Source: Gekko japonicus
Lineage: Eukaryota
Assembly: GCF_001447785.1 (NCBI RefSeq)
Contig: NW_015165885.1
Location: 62,001-126,000, forward strand
Length of the DNA: 64,000 nt
Direction: 5' to 3'
Positions 12,301-24,300 of this stretch are shown in pieces (position 1 is the first letter of the stretch; each line of letters begins with the position of its first letter). Below the pieces are notes generated by a model. It was not told where the DNA came from. It did no database searches and saw only the letters and a list, made by a program, of their open reading frames with translations. A program made the translations under genes and the position numbers.

Positions 12301-15300
12301 GAATTCATGAGTAACTGTAAAATCGCTCAGAGCCGGCAGCTCTGCAAGGATTGAGCGATCAATAAATTGAAAGATTATTATTATTATTATACTCACCTCA
12401 TCGGTCTCTAACAGCCCACTCTCTTCATATTCTGGAGAGGAAAAAACACTTTAAGAGTTGGGGGTTTTGTTGCTGTTAATTGTCCCTTCCATCAACACAC
12501 ATTCAAAGAACAGTACACTTGAGACTTGCTTTGGTTTTTAAGTCATTTAGTTGCGCACACACCATGTTAAAAACTAGTTGCTTTCTGTTTCCTGCTCAGG
12601 TAGGCTGTGGAAACAGTGAAGCAATGTCTGGAGGCAGTTTCGGGATAAATGACAGCTTATAAACGGAATCTTAACAAAATGGAGGTGCTGCTGGTGGGCA
12701 ACAATAGTGACCCAGGAACTGAGTTGTTTCCTGTTTTGGCTAGGATTGCACTCTCCCCTAAATGAGCAAGTTCACAGCTTGGGGGTGCTGCTGGAACCAG
12801 GCCTCCTGTTGGCTAAGCGGATGGCAGTGGTGGCCAGGAGCACCCCTCACCAGCTGTGGCTTTTTCTAGGCAAAGGAGATCTTGCCATTATGGTGCATGC
12901 CCCGGTAAAATCTAGGTTATTTTACTCCAACGTGCCCAAAATGAAGCTGACCTTGGACTGGTACAGAATGCTGAATGGATGGGTTGTTGGTAGCATATTA
13001 TTTCAGGTCTTGTTCCAACTAGACTGGCTCCCAGTTTAATTCCAGGCCCATGCAAAGTGCTAGTACTGACCTTTAAAGCCCTATAGAGCTTGGGACCAGC
13101 ATACCTTAAAGAATGCCTACTCCCATATGAACCTAGCCAACCAACTATTAGCATCCTTGGTGCCTGCATCAACTGAGGATGAGATGGGTGGCTGCCTGAA
13201 AAAGGGCCTTCTTGGTCATGACACCAAAACGATGGAATTCCCTCCCCAAGGAGAGTCATCTGTCTCCCTCTATAATTGTCTTTTTGTTTTGCTTGGCACT
13301 GTCTCATTCATGTTTGTGCTTTTGTTTAATTGCTGCTAGTGTATGTATGTATGTATTTTAAAGATGATAAATGTTTTTGATTGTTTGCTGCTTTGGAGAC
13401 CTCAAGAGGGATGGAAAGGCAGTATTCTGAAAAAAATAAATAAAATCTTTATCTCCAATTACTATTACTTTGTTGCATAAAGAGGTCATTTCCTCAAAGG
13501 AGCTCACAGTGACCCTTGATATGTTCAATCCTGTGAGAGAGGTTAAGCTGAGAGATTGTTACTAGCCTGAGGCCACCCAAAGAGCATCACACAAGCAGGT
13601 ATTTGCATCTGATCCTCTACATTCAAGCCCAGCACTCCACATGGTACATGCATCTTAGATATTAAAAGGCATTCCCCATCAGTCCTCCTGCCCTAAATCC
13701 ACCCACGTCATCATCTAGCCTGTCCTTCATGGGTAGTGTTTTCATCACAACCCCCTTACCCTACTGAGTTCTTATAGCTGTAAAGCTCTCCCTAAGAATG
13801 AACCTAAATCTTTTCACATGCAGTTTCATATCATTACTTGCCTTGACCACAGAGGACAAGAGGAATAACTGATCCTTCTTCTCCTTAAGGCAATTTCCAC
13901 ATACATGAACAACTGCAGTGGAGTTTGAGACAGGATGCTGGACTGAATCTTTCACAAAATAAGATATCCATGTTGCACTGTAGTCAAATAGGAGCACTGT
14001 GTTCTAGCTATATAACCAAAGGAAGTACATTCTAGTGAACTGTGCCTCATTGACAAGAGGCAATTACCTTCCATATCAGCTGCCTCTCCCTCCTCATCCT
14101 CATCCTCTTCACAGGATCCTGAGCGTTCTGGTAATTTTATGCTATCCTTTGAACACAAGAGGGGGGAAAAGTACCTTACAGTTAACATTTTACAGAACTT
14201 CTCAGCCACATGTGACAAACTGAGTGCTACAGAACCTTAAGATTCCAGCAATGCCATGAGCTAGGAAGCCCACCATTCACTATAGTACCAAACCTAAGAT
14301 GCAAAAATGTACTCTGGACCGTCACTTTGCTCTAGGTTTCCATTTCTGAACTAGCCATATGTCCTTATCACAGCTCTGCACCTGTGAACTTTAAAAAGGT
14401 TACTAAATTTATCAGCATGTTGAGATAAATCTATAGAAGAGCCCTAACTCAACCAACAGGCATGCTGTGAGTTTGCTGCTCTGGGTAACAGGAAGCACCT
14501 ATTTACTGTTACAATCCACTGGAAACATGAAACAACACTGGTTTTTAAGGAGAGGGATAACTCCTACAAGCTGCGTATGCTGAGCTTTTACTAGATTTAC
14601 AGAGCAATTGGGGGGAGGACAATCAGAATAGGGAGCCAACTGACCCCCATGCCAGGGTAACTCGGATTTATGCTGGTGTAAAGGGCATTTATGATGGCAC
14701 AGGACATGAGTGAGGCTGTGCACTTCCACTGGTGCAGCTGCACCGCAGTTGCACACCAGCTGAGTGACAGTGGAAACCCATGCACCAGTGGATATGTGGC
14801 CATGCCAGGGGTTGTGGTGCCAGTCAGTTGGCTCCCAAAGTGTTTTCAGCATGGGAATACCTCCCAGAAGAGGCACAAAATTGTGCCAACAAAAATCCTG
14901 GTGCAGCCCACTGGCAGCCATGGTAACTCCTAATTCATCCCCCCCCCAGCTGCGCCCATGCCCACAGGAACCCAAACAGTCAGGAAACTGAACAAGCTAC
15001 CACCCAATCAGCATATCCCACTTCCATGCTGGCCCCACTCCTCCCTGGCACCCAATGATGGCCTGCTCCACCCCATAAATGGTTCCAGGAGGTCGCCCCA
15101 CAACTTCAGAGATAGGAAATGTGGCACACTAAGCTATCTGACAACTCCCTGCTGTGCGAACTTAGAGCAAGCAGGGAGGCACTTTGGTGATGGGAAAAGC
15201 ACAGAGAGGGCACTACAGGGCAAGCACTTAGTGCTAACAACCAAGGAGGAGGGCAAAGTCCATACTCTGTGGCTGACTTCTGCCATTTCAGAACCCTAAC

Positions 15301-18300
15301 AGGTACCCCTCCTTTGGACGCTCAACCCAAAGGGGCAACCACACACTGACAGGTAAGCAGAGGAAAGGAACTCCCTCCCCACCCCATCTGTGACTTCCCC
15401 TGAGGGCTGCCCAATGACAGGTCTACAAGGAAGGGCTCTTGGGTGCCTTGGGTGTGGATGACTGGGCAGGTACCCCACCCCCTCCACCCCTGCCTGTGAT
15501 GTGCACTGGACTACACCCCCTTGCCACATGGTCCCTGATTGGTTCTGGCTGCCCTGTCCATTGCAGTGCCACCACCACAGCGCAACGCCTCCACTGACCA
15601 CAGCGGTGCAGTTGCTATGGTCGCTACCTTAGTTACACTCAGAAAACAATGCAAACCAACTGATTTTGTCTGTTGGCTGCTGTGTAATTTACCCCCATAG
15701 GGAAAAGACTAGTGGCACCATAGTTACACCACGGCCAGCCACCGCAACGCAGGTGCAACAGAGGATTGTTCTGCCCACCCGCTAGCATATTACTTAAACG
15801 TTCACAAGGTAATACCTTGCTTTCCAGTGTGATCTCCTTAACAGATTCCATCACTCCTGTAACACCTGTTAAGAAAACAAGATGCAGTCAGAACTAAGGA
15901 GAAACCTACTCACAGGATTGTACAAACTACCGCTCACACTGCACCATCCCACCCATTGATGGCAACAGCGATTCAGAACATTGAACAGCTGCTTATTGAA
16001 GGGAGTAAAGATTTAGATTCAGTAAGGAAAACCAAAACTTGAAGATGATTTCTACACTTCATATACATTTTTGTATATTTATTTATGTATTGTATTTATT
16101 TATACACTAGAGCACTTTTGAAATATATGAGAATGGAGGTGATTTGACAGGAACCGCTGTCTGAACTTTTAAGCTTAACAAGCAAGATAAAGGAACTAGA
16201 ATACCTGCATTGTGAAACGTGTCTACCCATCCTCCATCACCATCATCTTCTTCTATAATAGCTTCCAATTCATCAGAGTACTCCATCTGTTTACACCGTT
16301 TGTAGCATGGCACTGCGAAAACCACAAACTGGATCTCACACACAAAATAAACCAGAGAAAATCTTGCAAAGTTTTTGGAACCATGACCTTTTCAAAGTAC
16401 TGATTGCTAATTTGTATACACTTCAAAAATTTTCTTACAAGTTCATATTTAATCAAAAAAAATTATTGCCTTGGTGAACTGAGACTTTTAATGCATTTTA
16501 ATCTAACACTGAAGAATACACATTTTGAGTAAATTTAGACACCAGTATATTGAAGCATATAGGAACTGGTGGGAACTGCATTTGCACAGCTTACATAGCA
16601 TAAAGGGAAAATGTCTATGAGCTGGAGTACTACCTAGGACATTACATTCTGTAGTATAAAATGTAAACCCATGCATTTTAACAAATTTGTAACAAATTTC
16701 TGTTATTGACAAGGGACGCACCAGCTAGAAAAAAGAAGAGGTAATACTCTTTGATTACAAATGGAATATGAGCTACCAGTATACTAATGCTGCAAAAGGT
16801 GTCTAGCTCCTGGATACAATTTTAGTGCAATCAGAGGTAGCATCCTTATACCAGGTACAGTGAGATCACATCTAGAATAATGTTATGAACATTATGATAC
16901 AACAGTTTGTTATTTATCCACGAAAGGTAAATATTAGAGGCTCCAAGGATTCTCAACATTTACACCATTACCCCAAAATAGAGATAAATGTCAAACTTTT
17001 GGGGCACAGAATTTTTGAGGACTGTTGTTAGTACATGTTCAGTCACAACTACAAACCATTGGTTTGTAAAAATGGTACTTACCATTTTTAGTGACCAAAA
17101 ACTGTTTGTCTGTTGGGAGATAAGCCTTGACCTTTAATTCTTCTCCCATAGCCCTTCAAGATACAAAATAAGACTGTGACAAACTGCAGAAAATTAAATT
17201 ACACTTCCTACGGAAATACTATGTTTCCAAACAAACAAGACTGTAGGACTGCACTATTCTTAAGCAATATTGTGCCAAATAGTTAAAGATGGGCAGAGAA
17301 TCATGGTGGCAGCAGGACAGGGAGGGGTGGGGGAGAGTGTAATCTCCATCTGGTTTGAAAGGGAAACGAGAGCAATGTAATCTCCATCTGGTTTGAAAGG
17401 GAAACCCTGGATAACACGGATGAAAAAACGGATTACTTTTTGCCATGTGAAGTCTCTGATACAAGTACAAATTGAGCACCAGGAAAAACCCTGTTGTAGA
17501 ATCAGCCACTATTATAATTGTAAAAAAAATCCCAATAATTTTAGGATTGGGAAATCAATGTCCAGTGGTTACCTAATAATGTCACAGAAGAGACCCTCTG
17601 CTGGTATTCTTAGTATTTGTCTTTGAATGTTCTTGCTACACTTACAAGATAAAATTACTAAAACTATTACAAATAAATATTCATTTTAGCAGTTTATAAA
17701 TGATTAATCACCTGGATAAAGTATCATGTCAGGTACCCATGACGGTCTGCTGCAGCAAACACAAAAAGGAGTCTTGTGTGGTACCTTCAAGACTAACACG
17801 TATTAATGCATAACCTTTTGTGGACCTCATTAGATCCTTGCAAGGATATTAGCAGGTCTCTGATTAGTTATGACAAAGGCAATTTGACTCTAATGGCAAT
17901 GGAGTCAATACAAGCTTACAAGCACTATGATAGGTATATGAACAACACTTTCAGGTGCTCATAGCAGCTAGCACTGAATTGTAATGAATGCAGAACTTCT
18001 GACCAATTAGTTCAGGACCCATTAAATGAAAATATCTGTCAAGACAGAAAAGTACTAGCAACTCACACACAACACAAGGAAGAGGTTACATCATACTTCA
18101 CATAATACACAAAAGAAATAAAGCAAGCTTTCTTCCTCAATGTCCACTCAAATGCCAGGAATCTAAAATTTAGAAAGGAGAAGATGCTCCCCATCTCACA
18201 CAAGTAGTACAAGTGGTAAAAGCCAGATATCCTTCTTGCTTCAGAACTAGATGGGAGAGGGTATGCCCCCTTTATTCACATTGGGGAAGACTCATATATA

Positions 18301-21300
18301 TATATTTTCCTTAAGGAGCATATAGGATCAACAGCTGAGTGCTCTTCTGATGTGCATCTGGTAGAATCTTACTTACCATTGCCAAGTAGGACAGTGGTGA
18401 ACTAAATGGTCTCCAGCCGCTACAAACTGTCAAATGCAAAAGAGCAGAATGTTGCCTTATATATGACGTATACAGAGCTGCACCAACCCAAGCAGCTTTA
18501 TCATCATGTATAATGTGCCACCCAAACTGATCAGTGCCAACATAATAATTTATCTACTCTAATTCACAGGGAATATTTCTTGCAGTGGTAAACTGGGCTT
18601 GCTGCTAGCTAGATTCGGACAATGCAGAAGTGTCGAACTCCTTTTTTACAAGAGCTGGATCTGACATAAATGTCACCTGGGCCTTGTGTGCCATAAAATG
18701 TAACCTGAGATACCAGAGATATAAACTTTATAAAGTATCGCAAACCGAGGCAAACAAAAAAGGAACCTATAAGATCTGTTAATAAATATTTAAAATAGAC
18801 CTGCTTCTCCTCTAACACTCAGGAATTGACACCAGATAATTTAACTATATCTACTTATTCTCTGTCAAGTATTTCTAAGGTTCCATTTTCCTACAAAAAG
18901 GTTGCCATTTTGAGGAGTTTGCAATCCTTCTCTGTCCTTTCACACATTTTGCACCCAACAGTGCCCACAGTTTCCTTAAACTGCTAGTGATGGGGGGGGC
19001 AGGTAGAGGGACTCATCATTGTTGCTTAGGCAAGCAAGCAGACACCTCCTCACAGTTGGCTGAGCACCCAAACATGCATCCCAGTGATGGAGAACATGGC
19101 CTGATTGCCTTGACAATGAGAACACATTCCATCTTCTTCTGACCCAGCCATTTGGATAGTTTCACCGTTTTTGCAAAGAGGCAGGTTCATTTCACAAGGG
19201 ACAAAAATATTGTGAAATGCTGCCCTCTCCTCCTGTTTGTCAAACTCTGTCTCTAGTTTGCCATGATTTGTAGGGGGAGGGAAATTCCTGAGGGGTGTGT
19301 GAGTGGCTGAGTGTGTGAACCACTCTATCGTAGGCCACGTAATTCTTCTCAAGATACCTCCCTTCACCAGGGATGACCTTGAAGTCAAAGCCAGAACCTT
19401 AGTTCTGACACGGTACAGCCTGGAACATGATTATTTCTCAATAAACAAATCACTGCCAGGGAGTGTTGTTGAGAGTAACTTTGTCCAGGAGTCTGCCACC
19501 ATTTCAGCACAGTTCTGTTGATTACTTTTAGACATTTAACAGGTTAATAAAAAACCACAACTTAACCCAGAACATGTCTTGAAGTTTGGCTTTCTTTCAA
19601 TAAAAATCCACAAGATTTTTTCCCTTGTCCCTTCTACCCTAAATGTAACAATACCATTTTAATCACATTGTCTAACTTCCATGTGGTACTATGGCAATCT
19701 TTTGTCTGGTGTTCTGCACTGCAAACTGAAAAACTACATTTCCTAAAATTGCTACAAAATTAAATACTGATATTTCTTTGATTAAACTCTTACAAATGAT
19801 ACCTAGAAAGTAAAGAAGTCAGTTTCCCTTTAAAAAGAGAAAGGCAGAAGGTTGGAGGCTGAGTGGCAAAAGGAACACAAGGAGAGTACAAAGTGTTGCA
19901 CTTTTGCATAGATCCACCACAGTCGCAAGAAAGCATCTTTGTCTGAATTTGTAAGAGATCATCTGACATGGAAAACATCAGTTCTGCTTCTCCCATTTTG
20001 TGCCAGGTTTATTTTTGACCAAGTAACTAATATTTTCTCAAATTTTTCCATTTATGGTTTCCCCATCTTCTCTGGGGATTGTAACTTTTTTTCTGAGTCT
20101 TATACTAAAGGTGAACTTAATGTTAATTTCCCAAAGACCTTTCAAACAAGTCCTATTCCTGCCACATCACACAACATGAAGTATGTGTTGATTGCTTAAC
20201 ACAAACTGGAAAACAATGAAAAACATGAACTTATAGACAAAAGACCACAGCTTGACAAATACTGAAAGGTGCACTACAGTTCCTCATTTTTATAAGAGAG
20301 CAACAACAGGGAACTGAGAAACAGCATATTGCTAAGACCAAGAAGAAATGCCTGATCTTTACATAGTGACCTAGTACTAGATAACTCTAACGGGTTCTAT
20401 TGGAGAACATTTAACACAAGCAAACAGACGAGCATGTTGTAATATCTGCACACTTCCCTTTACAGACTTCTTTGCCAACAGCAGTACAGCATAACTTTGT
20501 TTCATAGCCGAATCCTATGCATATTTACAAAGAGGCTGATCCTCCTATGTTCAATCGGACTTCCAGTTATCATTCTGAGCAGCTTTTCCAAGGAAATATT
20601 CAGTTATTTTAGCTAACTAGAGCATCTTGTTCCAATCATAACTGGCAGTAACAGGAACTAGCAAACCTTTCTAAAGGAACTTCATGTTTGTACTACTTTC
20701 AAATGACACACAGAAAAACATATAAACAATGGAATACCTACCTCTTCAGGAGTGATCACTCCAGTTTCTTTAAACTTGGACTCCTACCATAAAAAAGATA
20801 AATACATTAAGGTATCTGCAAACATCATGAAAACAAAGGTTCAAGAAAAAGAAAAGGTTACACTAGCTGGCACCTATACTTTCTGGTCAGATTATCACTT
20901 GTAGCACTGAAGGCCTTAACTTAGGCCTTCCCAACTTCTTAAGCACATGAAAGAACACATTTCCATCCAGAACCATAAGAGTTATCAAAAAAACCATACA
21001 ACCAAAACATGCCTGTCTCACACTCTCACTAATTTTTCTATGAAGCAAAAAACACTATCAGCATTCCATGTCTTTTATAGATTTTTCTTTGAAATCAGAC
21101 CTAGTTGTAGGTTTTCAGAACCTCTAGGAAACTGCTTATCCCATGATCTCAAGTTCCTTTCAGCATTCTTCCAAACACAGAACTTTGCAAACTTTGTTAT
21201 CTTCACTGCTACCTAGTCTTATAAGCATTTAATTCGGTGGGAGAGGGAGCAGCCCCTACAGTGCTGGACAAAATACTGTTCTATTAAATAATAATTTTGA

Positions 21301-24300
21301 ATATGCTAGGAAATTATGGGTTTCCTGCTTAAACTGTTTTTAACACACTTCATCATTAGATGCTAGCACAAACATTTCACTCTGATATGAAAAATAAGTG
21401 TATAAGATTAAGGAATTTCTAAGCATTTAAAAACAACATGTCCCCTTGCAAATGCTCGCAAAGAGTCGGACTCGACTGTGCGACTGAACAACAACAACAA
21501 CAACAACTGTAAGGACAGATACAGAAATCCCAGGTTCATATTCCCTCTCTGCACTCAGTACTTCAGAAAGCTGTTGTGGTAACACTTACAGAGCCTTGCA
21601 TATACCATCCTGAATCCTTGAAGGAAGCACAGGATATAAATATGACAAAAATTTTAAAAGGTTCCCAACTTCTTAGAAAAGTACTTGCAAATATTATAGA
21701 AGTCCCAGATACTCTTTCAGAATTGGATACTCTTTCAGTTTCATTCTAGGATACTTTTTCACTACCCTTCAGTGTACAAGAATGAAATCAATGCAGAATG
21801 CTGTTCTTGCTACATGACTGCAAGCTTTGTCCAGGACAGTTCCTGACCATTCTTGGTTTTCACACACACATTTCAAATTCTTCAGTCACCTAGATCATAC
21901 ATATGATTTGGTCCATAATTAAAAATAAAATTAGGAAAGAAGCTAGTGGGAAGGCTACATTTTATTTTCTCTTAACCTGGATGTATCTTCAGTTTAAAGA
22001 ACTGTATAAAGCAGGAAATTCAGAATCAGATGTTTTACATGAAGGGGGAGGAAATTAGAAATACATAGGTCAAGGGTCACAATCAGTGTTACTTTTGTTC
22101 TTCCTCATAAACACCACAAAGTTGGCTTAGGAGCCTATTCTTTGAAGCCATAACCCTCATTTACTTTACTGAGCTTAAGATTCCTATATATGATTTAAAG
22201 CATTACTACTAAATTAATTTGTAATTTCTGCATACTTGAATAAATACATTATGCATTACAAAACATGTATAGGAACCCTAACTCCCAAAAGAATGTAACG
22301 TATCGTATGTAGTTTGAGCTGTCCTGCCCATGAAATGTTTGACGATTTTGTTTAATCTATGGGAGGGGCACAGCATCTTTGCAGCTCTGTGAGCTTTAAT
22401 TGATGACCTCCATTTGAGTGTAGACAAAGGCCAAGCCTCTCTGTTGCTCTTATTGGATTAATCTGAAGCCTGATACAGTAGAACATGCCATCTTGTTGAG
22501 ATGCCTGGAGGCAGAAGACATGTGCTGAAATGGTTCAATCATTCTTCATCAGACTCAAAGGGTTGCTATTGAAAATCAGTTGTCATTGGTGTGGGACCTA
22601 GGGCTGCCAAGCCGTGGCGGGGGATCCGCACGTCTTCACAGGATCCCTGCCGCAGGAGACAGCGATACGCGTTGCACCGCCGTCGCCAGGATGTGACACT
22701 ACGCGTCGCTCTGGCAACCGGGCTGTTTGGAGTCCCGTTGCCAGAGCGACGCATAGCGTCACATCCTGGCGATGGCGGTGCAACGCGTATCACTGTCCCC
22801 CGTGGCAGGGATCCTGTGAAGACGCACGGATCCCCTGTCGCGGCTTGGCAGCCCTAGTGGGACCTATTGTGTGGGGTTCCACAGGATACAATTGCATCCC
22901 CCATGCTTTTCAGCCTCTATGTAAAGCTCTTAGGTTGGTTATCAAACTAAAATTAAACCCTGAAAAAAGGAGGAGGTCTTGAAGGACATTGTTCTCCCCA
23001 CTTTTGATGGCGTTCAGCTGACCCTTGCTGATTTAGTGAAAAGCCTTGGGCTAATATGAGATCCAGCTTTATTACTGGATAGGGTTGCCAAGTCGCGGCG
23101 GGGGGGTGTAGGTCTTCACAGAATCCTTGCCGCGGGGACAGCGAGACGCATTGCGCCCGCTGTCGCCAGGATCTGACGCTACGCGTCGCTCTGGCAACAG
23201 GGCTCCAAACAGCCCCGTTGCCAGAGCAATGCATAGCGTCATGTACTGGCGACGGCGGTGCAACGCGTCTCGTCGTCCCCGCAGCAAGGATTCTGCAATG
23301 ACATGCAGATCCCCCGCCGCAATTTGGGGAGATTTGGCAGGCCTATTACTGGAGAAGCAAGTTAATGCAGCTGCAAAAAAAAGATAATTTTCTACCAACT
23401 CAGCCTAACCCCTTACCTTGATATGGCTGATCTGGCCACCTAATTCAAGTCTCAGTAACATCAAGACTAGACTACTGTACTGCACCGTGTATTGGTCTCC
23501 CCTCAAAATCAGTTGGGAATCTCCAACTAGCCCAGAATGCCACAGTTCAGCTATTAGCAGGAGATAGACAGAGATCATGCACATTACTCCCATTCAGGCT
23601 CAGTTTAAAGTATTGGCTATCACAAATGAAGCCCTACATGGCCTTGGCCCCTCTTATTTGCAGGATCACCTCTCCCCCTATGCTCTGCCACAACTTTGCT
23701 CATGTCAGCAGGGGCTTCTGGAGGTGCCAACCTACAAATAGGCGAAATGAACAATTGTCCATACACATGCTTCCTTCATTGTAGCTTCCGCCTTGTGGAA
23801 TGGCCTGCCTGAGGAGATCAGGAAAGCTCCCACTGTCCTGGCTTTCCACAAACTATTAAAAAACTGAACTATTCAAGAGGGTCTTTCTGTACAGGTAATA
23901 GGGCTGTATTGCACAAAATAGGTTCACAAACGTAGTTGGATAAATGATTAGGGACTGTGGTCTATACTGGTGCGTACAGTTTACTGTTAAGTAGGATCGT
24001 ATTATATCATTTTTGTACTGCTTAATGGGTCATGTTAATACCTATGCTCTGCTTCAGCTCCTTCTGGTGGTCCCAGATTTCTAAAATCCCAATACATTGG
24101 CTACTGAATGCCCCATTTTGTTGATTGCACTGACTCACTACGCATAATCCACCTTGCGTCCCTGTGAGAAAGATGGACTAAATAATGTAAATAAATTAAA
24201 ATAAATAAATCCAGCACAAAGTGAGACAACCTGCCTTCTGGAAGTTGTCTGCAGTGCACCAAGAACTTGAAGAAGGGTTGATAAAGCAGATAGGTATTTG

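Noticed and set aside
14499-15800. ORF cluster in ATG3 intron 6
   Set aside because: No recognisable protein. It looks like an old degenerate repeat, but I could not define termini or a TSD, so it is not called.
22566-23398. Multiple ORFs on both strands
   Set aside because: Mirror-image ORFs produced by GC-rich palindromic MITEs
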